A DNA stretch of 64,000 bases from a virus (lineage: Duplodnaviria; Caudoviricetes): IMG/VR virus record IMGVR_UViG_3300020037_009644, positions 32,001-96,000 of that record. One strand, given 5' to 3'. Positions 25,878 to 35,568 of this stretch are shown here, one piece after another. Within the stretch, counting starts at the first letter, position 1. Every line of letters begins with the position of its first letter. Position numbers and translations under genes: made by a program. The notes beneath the pieces are model-generated. The model did no database searches and had not been told where the DNA came from. It saw nothing but the letters and a program-made list of their open reading frames with translations.

Positions 25878-26486
25878 CTAGACAATTTTCGGCGTGAACC
25901 CCAAAATATATTTACCAGAGTCGAGAACTTGCTCGAGGAGTTCTTCATCATATTTTGAAAGGTTGTACTTCCAACATCCTTGAGATGTTTTGTCGAAAGA
26001 GATTCTACCATCATTGATTTGAATATAGTTCGCACAATAAGGCTTTGAATTTGCTCCGGCTGTAACGACAAAATTCTTGGATGATCCGTCGTTAATTTCG
26101 TCGATGATCAATCTATTTCTTATAGAAAGGGTTTCTTTCAAGCGACACTTCTTGCTTTCGTCATCCGAGGTGACCGTAAAATTTTTCTCAACATCGTCTA
26201 AAAGCCCACATTCAACAACAAATAGAATGAAAGCGAAAAATAGATCGGTATCAACGACAGAATGCCAACTATCATCAACGTTGCAAATATGCCTATATCC
26301 ATTACCATTACGGTAAGCATTCAAATAAATAGAAAAACCATTTTGATTAATATCGGTAATCAAATACCTATTTTCCAAAATAACATCAATCGGTCCGCTT
26401 TGAATATAATGAGCCAGGATCGATTTTCGAAGAAAGGAGATGACCTCAAGCTTTCTAGCTGTTGGGGAGACGGTTAATTCGAGCAT
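25878..26486 (-). CDS. Hypothetical protein
   Basis: 202-aa ORF in the gene run. Confidence 0.6.
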   Translation of the reverse strand: MLELTVSPTARKLEVISFLRKSILAHYIQSGPIDVILENRYLITDINQNGFSIYLNAYRNGNGYRHICNVDDSWHSVVDTDLFFAFILFVVECGLLDDVEKNFTVTSDDESKKCRLKETLSIRNRLIIDEINDGSSKNFVVTAGANSKPYCANYIQINDGRISFDKTSQGCWKYNLSKYDEELLEQVLDSGKYILGFTPKIV

Positions 26487-26489
26487 ATG

Positions 26490-27131
26490 TTAGATTCTTT
26501 CTCTTATCGTTTTGGTTATTCTTTTCTTCAATCGCTTGATTCGATCCGCGGCTGCTGGTTTGGTAAGATTTAACTGACCAGCTGTCTTCTTGATCTTTCC
26601 CATCTCGCTAGAAATGGAGGCGTTGATTAGCTTCTGATCCCTGTCGTTTAATTCGGAGATTGCCAGTGTGACCATGTTTTTTTCCTCGAGATCGAGAATA
26701 ATGGTCTCGGGATCGAGAGGGAGTTCGTGGGTCAGATAAACCGTTCCGGAGATGGAATTAAGCTTGGTCTCCGGTTTGCCGCTCTTTTGATGTTTTCTCT
26801 CCATTTGGGAGACGACGGCTCGATTGACCTGGGTCGTGATATATTTATCCGCCCACCAAGAAAACGCCGACTTTTGATCTCTATATGATTCGAGAGCTTT
26901 GAGAAGCGCCTCGAAGCCTTCTTGAACGAGATCGGATCCGTTGGGAAATCGTTGATACCTGGCGACTCTCGAATGAACCAGAATCGCCATTTGATCTATT
27001 TGGTCAGCGATCTTTTGATCTATTTTGATCCGCTGGGATTGAGAAAGATTAGGGTTCTCTCTTTCCGAGCGGAGTTGTTGATAGGAAACGGCAAATTGAT
27101 CGAAATGGTTAGGAGAAAAAGAGAGGGTCAT
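26490..27131 (-). CDS. Sigma-70-family RNA polymerase sigma factor
   Basis: Region 2 DLVQEG..ALLKA..Y....AFS.WA..YI; region 4 AI..L..RDQ.LI with HTH. Confidence 0.8.
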   Translation of the reverse strand: MTLSFSPNHFDQFAVSYQQLRSERENPNLSQSQRIKIDQKIADQIDQMAILVHSRVARYQRFPNGSDLVQEGFEALLKALESYRDQKSAFSWWADKYITTQVNRAVVSQMERKHQKSGKPETKLNSISGTVYLTHELPLDPETIILDLEEKNMVTLAISELNDRDQKLINASISSEMGKIKKTAGQLNLTKPAAADRIKRLKKRITKTIRERI

Positions 27132-27177
27132 GAATTAACCTCTTCTGCTTCTAGATCAGGCTTCCTTCGATTGTTTT

Positions 27178-27462
27178 TTATTTCCCGAGAAGGCTTTGAT
27201 TATATTTGGTCTCGCCGACGAAATTGGCGAGACGGTTCTCGTCTTTTTTAATTTCGGCGGCGGCTTTTTTGCCATCGGCGAGGACTTTTTGTTTGTACTC
27301 GTGCCCGGTGAGCTTGACGATTCCGGTGGCGACGAGAGAAGGTAACTTCTTAATCGCTTCTGATTCCTGACATTGCGGACAGGACGGGAGGGGATCTCCG
27401 GTGAAGATGATGTCGTCGAAGATGTTGTGGCAAGACTGGCATTCGAAATCGAAGATGGGCAT
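27178..27462 (-). CDS. FmdB-family zinc-ribbon protein
   Basis: MPIFDFECQSCH..F.......CPQC.....KKL.S. Confidence 0.8.
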   Translation of the reverse strand: MPIFDFECQSCHNIFDDIIFTGDPLPSCPQCQESEAIKKLPSLVATGIVKLTGHEYKQKVLADGKKAAAEIKKDENRLANFVGETKYNQSLLGK

Positions 27463-27464
27463 AG

Positions 27465-27896
27465 TTATTGTTGCTCCAAGGCATTAAGAAATTGTTGATA
27501 AAAAACAGAAGTTGATATTAAAGAAAGTTGTTGGTTAGTTGACTCACGTTTTCTAGAACGATAATAAAGAACCTCCCTCGAATCAATTTCAAACAACATT
27601 CCTGGTCGAGGGCTGCTCATAGATTTTTTTAATAGATGATGGGCGTATAAGGAATAAGCTTTTTCGGCTTGACATTCATAGCAAGGAATCCAATCTTGAT
27701 TTACATTTTCGCCATTGGATCGTCTATATCCCTTTCGAGGCTGCTGTGGATTTTTTTCATAATGGGAGCAGACTCGACAAGGCTCCCATTTTGCGAACTG
27801 ATCATATTCTCTTCCCAGAGTGCAAGAGCAGGGAATTTCAGTTCCATGACATCCATACCATATCCCTCCGTCATCGCAAATTAAACATTTTTCCAT
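27465..27896 (-). CDS. Zinc-finger hypothetical protein, family C (FYQQFL tail)
   Basis: CxxC motifs; C-terminal VFYQQFLNAL. Confidence 0.6.
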   Translation of the reverse strand: MEKCLICDDGGIWYGCHGTEIPCSCTLGREYDQFAKWEPCRVCSHYEKNPQQPRKGYRRSNGENVNQDWIPCYECQAEKAYSLYAHHLLKKSMSSPRPGMLFEIDSREVLYYRSRKRESTNQQLSLISTSVFYQQFLNALEQQ

Positions 27897-27897
27897 A

Positions 27898-28089
27898 TTA
27901 AATTTCGTTTAAGAATTGTTGATAAAATCTTTGCGTTTCTTTAAACCTGTCATATCTCATCGCATAAAGATAAATGGTAAAATCATCTATTAGTTTTTTG
28001 TTTTTTGAATATTGTCTTTTAGAAGCTTCTTTTCTACACATTTTTAGAATGTAAGTTATCTTTCTAATAGGATCAAGCATTGTTGTCAT
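27898..28089 (-). CDS. Hypothetical protein, family C
   Basis: TQRFYQQFLNEI. Confidence 0.6.
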   Translation of the reverse strand: MTTMLDPIRKITYILKMCRKEASKRQYSKNKKLIDDFTIYLYAMRYDRFKETQRFYQQFLNEI

Positions 28090-28222
28090 TTTGATTCCAA
28101 AAGAAATTGTTGATAAAATTCAGATGATACCTTATCGATGACATAGCTCGAACATATGATTTGTCGATCATCAAAGAAAACAATGATGGCATACTAATTT
28201 CAGAGCAAGGATTAAAACTCAT
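28086..28222 (-). pseudogene. Frameshifted family C member
   Basis: ATG 28222 gives MSFNPCSEIS; the -1 frame gives YAIIVFFDD..SEFYQQFLLESK*, whose stop overlaps the next ATG. Confidence 0.5.
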
Positions 28223-28500
28223 TATGTATTTTCTTCGACAATCTCTTGATAGAACCTCTGAGTTTTGAGTAATTCTTGTCGTCTTATGTTAATGATATTG
28301 TTCAAGATGATTTTTATTAAGTTATGATGTCGTTTATATGTAACGCTTCCCTTTTTAACAACCGAAATTGGATATTGAGCAAATGCATCAAGGACATCAA
28401 ACAAATTTTGATCTTCTTGCGCCATGATTTCTAGACGCTTCTCAAAAGAAGCCCGATCAATCATAGGAAATCTACGCACTTTGATATCAGAGAGTGTCAT
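28222..28500 (-). CDS. Hypothetical protein, family C
   Basis: TQRFYQEIVEE. Confidence 0.6.
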   Translation of the reverse strand: MTLSDIKVRRFPMIDRASFEKRLEIMAQEDQNLFDVLDAFAQYPISVVKKGSVTYKRHHNLIKIILNNIINIRRQELLKTQRFYQEIVEENT

Positions 28501-28777
28501 TATTATTCAAAAAATCTTGATAGAATAATCTTGCCACTCTCTTTGAGAATTCTTTTTTAACAGAGAAGATGATTGAACCAATTAGCTTTGCGTTGCTCTT
28601 ATATTTGATTTTCGCCATTGTCTTATAATCTTTTACTTCTTCGGCGGAAACAAAATCCAAGATTTCAAGACAGCGCTGATCTTCCAGAGCTCGTATGTCG
28701 CGCACAACCAACTCTTGTAAAGTTGGAGGTTTGATTTGGCTAAAGTAGCTACTACCAAAGTATCCGTCAATTATCAT
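28487..28777 (-). CDS. Hypothetical protein, family C
   Basis: RLFYQDFLNN. Confidence 0.6.
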   Translation of the reverse strand: MIIDGYFGSSYFSQIKPPTLQELVVRDIRALEDQRCLEILDFVSAEEVKDYKTMAKIKYKSNAKLIGSIIFSVKKEFSKRVARLFYQDFLNNNDTL

Positions 28778-28935
28778 TCATTTATTTTTCTCATCCGAAG
28801 CTCGTAGTCTTTCGAAAAATCACGGAGAATATCTTTTTTGAAATCCTCGTCGATAACCTTGAAAATCAGAAAGACCTCGCCGGTTTCCGGGTTAACCTCG
28901 ATCGAACGAGCTTCAGCGACGGAGACCTCTTTCAC
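28774..28935 (-). CDS. Small hypothetical protein (53 aa, below the ORF-track cutoff)
   Basis: MKEVSVAEARSIEVNPETGEVFLIFKVIDEDFKKDILRDFSKDYELRMRKINE; 4-nt overlaps at both ends. Confidence 0.6.
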   Translation of the reverse strand: MKEVSVAEARSIEVNPETGEVFLIFKVIDEDFKKDILRDFSKDYELRMRKINE

Positions 28936-30434
28936 ACGAGGTTCCATCCGAAGCTGGTCAACAAACCGCTAATGTTGGATTTGTCGGAGGGTGAATAGAG
29001 AACTGACTCGGTGTCCGGAAGAATGATGTGATCGGGATCCCAGACACGACAATGAGAAAGATTCTTGTTCAAATTGAATTGACCAAGAGCGCCGTTGCGA
29101 TTCTTGATAAGATGTCCGATCATGTCGGAATAAGTTTTCTCGTCTGGACGACTTTCGATTTGGACCGCCGCCGTGGCATGATGTAGCACCATGCTGCTGC
29201 GTCCTATACGATTGATACCCACAATATCTTTTTCTTGAGCCTTATCATTGCGATTTAATTGTGTCGATGTAACAACCGGGATATCATATTTTCTGGCGAA
29301 TTCATGAAGTCTACCTGAGATATATCCAAGCTTAAGCCAGTCGTCTCCGGAGAAGTTTTTTTCCTCCATCAACCCAAGATAGTCAACAAAGACAACGTCA
29401 GGAATGAAGGTGTCACAGGTCTCGAGGAATTCTCTTTCGATGTCGTCGACGGTGCATCCTCGTGGAATGTCGATGACTTCGTAATGATACGGGTAAGCTT
29501 CGATAAACTCGGCTAGAGTTTGCAGCGCCTTCATTTCGGCGGGCTGAAGCTTGGCGTCTCGAATTCCGTAGAAAGGAATATCGGCTATCGCAGAGAATCC
29601 TCGATAGATACACTGCTGATACGGCATCTCGAGAGAGAAATAGAGAACGTTATACCCTTTGGAAAAATGCTCTCTCGTCGTTATCTTGTTGTCCTGAAGA
29701 TAGACCTGGTTGGCGATTGCCTGCTTGAGGATTGATTTTCCGCCGCCGGTACTTCCTGCGATGATGAGGAAGTCAGCCTTGCTCAAACCGTTCATAAAAT
29801 GATCGAGCATCTTGAACTTGGTCGGAATCCCTCGACCAATTTCTGGATTGTGAAATCTTTCGTTGTACTCTCTCTTAAAGGTTGAGAGATAGTTTTTGAG
29901 AGAAACTCTATTGTTAATCTCGGAATGAGGGTTTTGAAGCCGCTCGATTTCGACCTGGGTCTGCTTAATCTCCTGAAGAAGAGCAGTGGCATCTTCGGAT
30001 GAAACGATCTTCGAAGAGGTAATCTTAGACGAAAGCTTCCTAGCTTGTCGAATAACAGAATTGGTCTTCAGCTTGTCAAGGTCATATTTAAACTCTTTGG
30101 GATCGACGTTTTGTTTTTCAATCTCAGAAAGACCAAAGGAAAACTCCTCGAAAAGGTTGGGAAAATCCTTGACCTTCTCGAGAAGAATTTTTTGGGTCGG
30201 AGGAATTTTGTAGAGCTTGAAATAAGAGAGGACGGCGGTAGCAATTTTGGAAGCTGTCGATGAACAAAAAATCGAATCGTCGAACGAACTGGCAAATTGA
30301 GCCGCGAGATTGGTTTCGTGGAGAATGTTTTTAAGAATTCGGGCATCTTGGGAGTCGACGATGTATTTGTCCTCCGGCGGGAGAGAGTCGTTTTCTTCGA
30401 AGATTATTTGAGAATCGTTATTTGCGTCGGTCAT
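28932..30434 (-). CDS. dnaB: DnaB-like replicative helicase
   Basis: GIPT.F..LD....GL, GSTGGGKS, YFSLEM, VFVDYL, QLNR, KNRNG. Confidence 0.9.
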   Translation of the reverse strand: MTDANNDSQIIFEENDSLPPEDKYIVDSQDARILKNILHETNLAAQFASSFDDSIFCSSTASKIATAVLSYFKLYKIPPTQKILLEKVKDFPNLFEEFSFGLSEIEKQNVDPKEFKYDLDKLKTNSVIRQARKLSSKITSSKIVSSEDATALLQEIKQTQVEIERLQNPHSEINNRVSLKNYLSTFKREYNERFHNPEIGRGIPTKFKMLDHFMNGLSKADFLIIAGSTGGGKSILKQAIANQVYLQDNKITTREHFSKGYNVLYFSLEMPYQQCIYRGFSAIADIPFYGIRDAKLQPAEMKALQTLAEFIEAYPYHYEVIDIPRGCTVDDIEREFLETCDTFIPDVVFVDYLGLMEEKNFSGDDWLKLGYISGRLHEFARKYDIPVVTSTQLNRNDKAQEKDIVGINRIGRSSMVLHHATAAVQIESRPDEKTYSDMIGHLIKNRNGALGQFNLNKNLSHCRVWDPDHIILPDTESVLYSPSDKSNISGLLTSFGWNLV

Positions 30435-30436
30435 CT

Positions 30437-30844
30437 TTAGATCAAGCCGGCGTCTTGATTGATCGAGGAGTCGAGATAACGAATCATGTCGTCTTTGTAC
30501 TGCTTCATGGCATCGAGATAGATTGCCATTTCTTGGTTGTATTTCTCGATCGAATCGTCCATAGCTTTTTGTTCTTTGGCGGTTGGTTTTTTGAGATCGC
30601 GGACATTTAGATTGGTGTTATTTCGACAGCATGTAATGTAAACGCTCTCTTGATTAAGATTTTTCTTGGCGCAGATAGAAAGAATCTCTGCAACAGAAAA
30701 TGATTCACCAAGATTAATGGACTGAATGTGACTTTCCGTAAATTTTTGTTGAAATTCAGGCTTTACCGGCTTCTTCGGCTTGGTCGGTTCGCGAAGCAGT
30801 TGTCCATCGTCGGGTCCTTGAGTTATTTTTTTAGGTCTTGCCAT
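30437..30844 (-). CDS. Hypothetical protein (resembles 35224..35568)
   Basis: PTKPKKP..EKYNQEMAIY. Confidence 0.55.
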   Translation of the reverse strand: MARPKKITQGPDDGQLLREPTKPKKPVKPEFQQKFTESHIQSINLGESFSVAEILSICAKKNLNQESVYITCCRNNTNLNVRDLKKPTAKEQKAMDDSIEKYNQEMAIYLDAMKQYKDDMIRYLDSSINQDAGLI

Positions 30845-30855
30845 GATGATTTCTC

Positions 30856-31329
30856 CTATGAATTATTTAAGAGGATTGCGATAATGATTATATAGTGAGT
30901 CAAATGATGAAATGCCTGATCGATTCCGAGAGAATACCAAAACCATTGATTGGATTTTAATTCTGGTTTGACAAGCCTGTCTACACGTTCTTTGTCAAAG
31001 AGATTGTAATAAGACATAATCTCTTCCATTCTTTCTTTAGAAACCGGCTTAAATCTCCCCAAAAGTTTGGAACTAGCTTTGATTCGATCCATAGCAAAGT
31101 GGAAAACCATATCGAGGATGGCTGCCGGAATTGCTAAATCTGGAGCGGCAAAACAACAGATGATGAAGGTCATTGTTCCGTGAACGATGACGTGAGAGAG
31201 AAGTGGCTTGAACCATCCATGCTCTTTGAATTTTCCAAGCATGTACCCGTCCTGCAAAAAATAGTCCGCGAGAAGATGCTTGAGTTGAAAAACGACAAGG
31301 AGAACAATTAGAAGAGAAATAGAGATCAT
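30856..31329 (-). CDS. DUF3307-like membrane protein
   Basis: HLLADYFLQ, L..H...HG, HF..D..K, G.DQAFH. Confidence 0.75.
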   Translation of the reverse strand: MISISLLIVLLVVFQLKHLLADYFLQDGYMLGKFKEHGWFKPLLSHVIVHGTMTFIICCFAAPDLAIPAAILDMVFHFAMDRIKASSKLLGRFKPVSKERMEEIMSYYNLFDKERVDRLVKPELKSNQWFWYSLGIDQAFHHLTHYIIIIAILLNNS

Positions 31330-32039
31330 AGCTTATCTTTCCTCATGTCTTTACCGAGGGCTGTAACATCTTGGACGTAATTAAAGAGGCTTTTGAGCGA
31401 GAGCTTCAATGGTCCGTTGAAACTATCAATCGATTCTTTGGAATTGGAGACGAAAAAGGTCGGCATCTTGTTTTGAAGACGATGGCGAACAATATCCTCA
31501 AGTGTCCTAGCGAAGAGGTCGCTGGCTTGATCGGTTCCTCCGAAATGTCTTCCATCGAACTCATCGATGACCAGAAAATCAACCGATTGAAGCTCGTTTC
31601 GACCAGCCATTTTGTGTTCTGGCTTGGCGTTGAGGAGATTGTGGATGATGTCGTTTAATGTAACATAGAGGGCAGAATATTTATCCAACAATGCTTTCTT
31701 AAGAATAGAGATCGAGGTCATTGTTTTTCCGATTCCGTGACTTCCGATAAATCGATAGGCTGAACCTTCTTTATATGTCTGATCCATGTTCTCGGTAATC
31801 TTCTTGAACTGCTTGAGCATTACCTCGTCGCCGTTGAATTTATCCATGGATAGCGTCCAGTATCGAACAGGAATGTTAGCCTCTGCAAATCGACTCATTG
31901 CCGTATGATAGGCTCCGCATCTTTCACATTTTTCAGGTTTGTCTTTGCAGATGGAGCATTGGGATTTAACCTCGTCGACCTCGAGAAGAAGCTTTTTGAC
32001 GGGTATGTTTCTGAACGGAAGATTTTGAACGTTGGTCAT
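31326..32039 (-). CDS. DnaC/IstB-like AAA+ helicase loader
   Basis: N-terminal CxxC zinc site, GSHGIGKT Walker A, FLVIDE Walker B, R....PT...SN. Confidence 0.8.
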   Translation of the reverse strand: MTNVQNLPFRNIPVKKLLLEVDEVKSQCSICKDKPEKCERCGAYHTAMSRFAEANIPVRYWTLSMDKFNGDEVMLKQFKKITENMDQTYKEGSAYRFIGSHGIGKTMTSISILKKALLDKYSALYVTLNDIIHNLLNAKPEHKMAGRNELQSVDFLVIDEFDGRHFGGTDQASDLFARTLEDIVRHRLQNKMPTFFVSNSKESIDSFNGPLKLSLKSLFNYVQDVTALGKDMRKDKL

Positions 32040-32042
32040 GGA

Positions 32043-32486
32043 TTATTTGAAGAAGCTCGGAGGAAGACCGTAAAAATTATTCTCTCCGGTTTTCATGTTA
32101 GGATTGGTTTGATCTTTACGAAGTTGTTTTTTGATGTGCTCGAATTGAAGATCGCGCTTTAGCTTTTGGAGATTTTCGATGTTTTCACTTGAAAACTTTA
32201 TTTCTTCCGGAATTTGAGAAGAGGTCATGATTTTTTCAATTTCCGAAGAGTCTGGAATGTTGGGGTCGAAAAATTTTTGAGATGTTTCATCCTGCCATTC
32301 ATCGTATTTTTGTTTGACATATACTGTCAATATGTTTTTTTCGGGATTGTTGATGATAAGGAGATTTCCCAAAGCCCCATCTTTCCCGAGAACCCATTCC
32401 TCTTTTGTTTGATCGAGAAGAATTCCTGAGTAACTCTGTCCGTTTTCAAGCGTAACGACCAGATCCTTGCTAACCAAGTTAATCAT
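32043..32486 (-). CDS. Hypothetical protein
   Basis: 147-aa ORF in the gene run. Confidence 0.55.
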   Translation of the reverse strand: MINLVSKDLVVTLENGQSYSGILLDQTKEEWVLGKDGALGNLLIINNPEKNILTVYVKQKYDEWQDETSQKFFDPNIPDSSEIEKIMTSSQIPEEIKFSSENIENLQKLKRDLQFEHIKKQLRKDQTNPNMKTGENNFYGLPPSFFK

Positions 32487-33058
32487 AATGAAGCGAGAGT
32501 TTCTCTTTTGAGCCCGATAGAATACAGTTGATCGAGGAGATTTTTATATGAGGCTCGGTCGTCGGGAGCTTCGTCAACCGCCTGTTGGGCGAAGGCAAGA
32601 TCACCGTAAGTTTCGATGGGGAGGTTTGAATCAGCGATTAGAGATGTGTACTCTGATGGAAGAGGAGTTGTCTTGGTAATCTTCTTAGCTTTGGATTGGA
32701 GAATGAGATATTTGTTAACCAACCCTCCGGAGATTAGATAGGAAATTTTATGAATGACCGTCTTATTGGGGATAATGTTGCAGTCGAAAATCCAGTCGAT
32801 GTAGTTCTTGACAACCGTGCTCGACTGACCAATTGCCGCCATGGCTTTTTTGATGATGACGATCTCCGAACATTTCCCGGGAGCAGTGCCATTAAACCCA
32901 AGAGCATAAGGTCGTTGGTAATGATTTTGAAAGCGATGACAAAAATATCCGAGGAGGTGATAATCTTTCCAAGAAGCTGGATCGACAGAATGGAAAGAGT
33001 TCATTCGGGTCAAGAAATTTTGCCAGACCTTGGATAAAAGAAGGTTTGAATTGGTCAT
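32483..33058 (-). CDS. Hypothetical protein in the replication module
   Basis: 191-aa ORF with ATGA overlaps. Confidence 0.6.
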   Translation of the reverse strand: MTNSNLLLSKVWQNFLTRMNSFHSVDPASWKDYHLLGYFCHRFQNHYQRPYALGFNGTAPGKCSEIVIIKKAMAAIGQSSTVVKNYIDWIFDCNIIPNKTVIHKISYLISGGLVNKYLILQSKAKKITKTTPLPSEYTSLIADSNLPIETYGDLAFAQQAVDEAPDDRASYKNLLDQLYSIGLKRETLASL

Positions 33059-33558
33059 AATGTCTCCGATTCAATAAATGCAATATCTTCTGTTTTTGAT
33101 TTGTAATAAAGGATGGACATTTTTATAGAAACGACATTGGCTTCTATCTTTTTTTGATCTTTGTGATCTACAATGATGACTTTTCTTTTCCAAAGATCGG
33201 AAAGGAAGATTGCCAAGGAGCTAAAATCCATCATTTGATGATCCCCGCCGATGTGCCAAGGATTATCTTCTTGACGATAATCATAGATAGAAAATGTATA
33301 TCCGCAACCATCTTGAACGTACCACTCATAATTTGTTTTGTATCCACCGTCTCCGTCGGTCGGCTCGCCAAAAGCTTGAACCAGCTCTTTATAAGAAGCG
33401 TAAAGATATCCGCAGAGACAATTGTCTCCATCAAAATCCACGTTTTCTTTTGAGCCGGATTCAAAATGAGGAGCTTCTATTAAATCATTTTCTAGCTGCC
33501 GTCTATTCATGATTGATTTCTTCCAATAGTTGTTGGTAAAATTCTTTGGGGATATCAC
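33055..33558 (-). CDS. Hypothetical phage protein
   Basis: LVQAFGEP...DG..K..YEW...F.IYDY...WHIGG; true start may be the internal MNRRQ. Confidence 0.6.
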   Translation of the reverse strand: MISPKNFTNNYWKKSIMNRRQLENDLIEAPHFESGSKENVDFDGDNCLCGYLYASYKELVQAFGEPTDGDGGYKTNYEWYVQDGCGYTFSIYDYRQEDNPWHIGGDHQMMDFSSLAIFLSDLWKRKVIIVDHKDQKKIEANVVSIKMSILYYKSKTEDIAFIESETL

Positions 33559-33748
33559 TTATTTTGAGGTAAAAATCATTGGATGAATATTCACGTCCAT
33601 GAATGAAATATTTGGAGACCCCAGAGAGATAGTCGACGTAAGCCGGTCCGGTTACACAATGAAGCTTGCATGAATTATAGCTTTCAAAGCAGATGTAACC
33701 GTGTCCTCCTGCCAAAGGCATTTTGTAAGGTTCTTTATCATCAATCAT
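33503..33748 (-). CDS. Hypothetical protein with LH...GPA motif and FYQQLL tail
   Basis: Start moved to ATG 33748 to reduce overlap with the helicase; KLHCVTGPAY..YFIHG. Confidence 0.55.
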   Translation of the reverse strand: MIDDKEPYKMPLAGGHGYICFESYNSCKLHCVTGPAYVDYLSGVSKYFIHGREYSSNDFYLKISDIPKEFYQQLLEEINHE

Positions 33749-35213
33749 TTTCAATCCAGATAACCTCAAATCCTTTTTCTTGTCTATACGTTTCGCATCT
33801 TTTCTTAGAGTGAGCGTTGAGAAACTTGACGTTGTCCTGAAAATCAACGATATAAGCTTTTTTCTTTCCAGGATAAGCCCGAATGACCCTGCCGATTCTT
33901 TGCAGGGCTCGACCAGAAGCTTTTCCGCCGCCGGCAAGGATCAATCCAGAAATTTCTGGAATGTTAACCCCGATATCAAAGACGACCGAGGCAAGAATTA
34001 GATCAATTTTTTTGTCTCTAAAATCTTGAATGACCTGATTTCTTTTCTCGAGAGAATCCTTACCAGAAAGAAGAGCGTATTTAATGCCGCGCGCTTTGCA
34101 AAGGTCGGCAAGAATGTTTCCGTGCTTGATTTGTTTGAAGAGGACGAGAACGCGAAGATCGTTGTTGACCAACGACAGAGAATTGTCGATGACCAAATTG
34201 TTTCGAATCTCATTCTCGACGATGTAGTTTTTGTAAACCTGCTGATAGGTATTTAAAGGAGCTGACCCACGCTTAAGCTTGGGAACGTCGACGAAAGTTA
34301 TGACCGGCTGAACAATAACTCCCCTTTCGATTAACTCGCTGGCGCTAATATCGACAATCTTGGGACCGAGGATTGACTCGGCAAGAAGATCGGTGCCGTC
34401 CTCACGATAAGGAGTTCCGGAGAGCCCGTAAAGGCTCTCCGGATTAATGGCGGCATAGATTGAGCGAAGAGAATTTGTTACGATGAATTGACACTCGTCG
34501 ACAATGTGGACCGGAGAGTCAGCAAGCATCTGAATGATTTTGCCCTTATCTGATTCGGAAAAGGCATCTTCGTCGATCTCGTCGTCTTCGTTGATCAAAT
34601 CGGCAAGATCAATATTAAGAGCTTTGCCAAGTGTCCAGATCGAGGCGACGTTAATCCTTTGAATGTCGACCATTCCGTTGCCAATCCAGCCGATCTTTTC
34701 TTCGAAAAGAGAGGATAGGGTATCGTGAAATTGTTGAAGAAGCTGCAATCCAACGACATGAATGACACAAGGCTTGTTCAGCTTGGCTGCCATCATTGCG
34801 ATAATCAGGGTTTTTCCCGAAGATGTACACGCTCGAATAACACCCCTTCTATGATCGTCGGTTAGGTCAACTACCCTTTGTTGGTAATCTCTTGGAACAA
34901 TTTTAAGCCCAGCTAATTTCTTGGAAAGATCAATAGGTTCAGGGGCAAGATAAGGTGGTCTTCTATCCTCGGTCGCGTAGACAAGATTGTTTTCGGTCAT
35001 GAACTCTTGAACTTTATCAAGAAGACCAAGACTAAAGCGTCTTTTGTTATTGATGAGATATGTTACCCCATCCCAATGACCTCGACGAAATGCTTCGACG
35101 TGTTCTACTCCGACCTGACGAAAGGAAAGCTTATTCCGAAGAAGAGGAAAAAGAGAATCGTCGTCAAAATCGACAGAGCACTCCTTGTGATCAAGGATAG
35201 TTATTTTATTCAT
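33741..35213 (-). CDS. Superfamily 2 (UvsW-like) DNA helicase
   Basis: PRDYQ, TSSGKT, VDECQ, GLSGTP.R.D, G.NIP, QRIGR..R. Confidence 0.85.
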   Translation of the reverse strand: MNKITILDHKECSVDFDDDSLFPLLRNKLSFRQVGVEHVEAFRRGHWDGVTYLINNKRRFSLGLLDKVQEFMTENNLVYATEDRRPPYLAPEPIDLSKKLAGLKIVPRDYQQRVVDLTDDHRRGVIRACTSSGKTLIIAMMAAKLNKPCVIHVVGLQLLQQFHDTLSSLFEEKIGWIGNGMVDIQRINVASIWTLGKALNIDLADLINEDDEIDEDAFSESDKGKIIQMLADSPVHIVDECQFIVTNSLRSIYAAINPESLYGLSGTPYREDGTDLLAESILGPKIVDISASELIERGVIVQPVITFVDVPKLKRGSAPLNTYQQVYKNYIVENEIRNNLVIDNSLSLVNNDLRVLVLFKQIKHGNILADLCKARGIKYALLSGKDSLEKRNQVIQDFRDKKIDLILASVVFDIGVNIPEISGLILAGGGKASGRALQRIGRVIRAYPGKKKAYIVDFQDNVKFLNAHSKKRCETYRQEKGFEVIWIEND

Positions 35214-35223
35214 CGGATTGATT

Positions 35224-35568
35224 TTAGATCTGATCCGAAGAGGCTAGCAAATCATTTTTGACAGAAGTTGTGACATTATGATAATAAAAATCTAGCTCTT
35301 TTTTGTATTGGGCAAGTTGTTCTTGATATTTTTCGTTTTGCTTGGCTGTTAATTGAAGTTTAATTTGCTGATCGATTGTGGCGCTTGGAGAATACCCTGA
35401 AGTAATTCTAATCACTAAGGATTCACGATCTGGATGATTAGAGTACGCCTCGATCAATTGATTAAGATCGATGCCGGCGCTTTTAAGTGCGGTAATTTTT
35501 TGGAGGGTCTTGTATTCTATTTTCCCAGGATACTTAGGTTTTTTGGGTGGAACAAATTTGCTGGTCAT
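35224..35568 (-). CDS. Hypothetical protein
   Basis: MTSKFVPPKKPKYP..EKYQEQLAQY. Confidence 0.55.
   Translation of the reverse strand: MTSKFVPPKKPKYPGKIEYKTLQKITALKSAGIDLNQLIEAYSNHPDRESLVIRITSGYSPSATIDQQIKLQLTAKQNEKYQEQLAQYKKELDFYYHNVTTSVKNDLLASSDQI

Noticed and set aside
22927-30434. Inteins or introns in nrdA, nrdB or dnaB
   Set aside because: Proteins are normal or short in length, with no intein terminal motifs or interruptions
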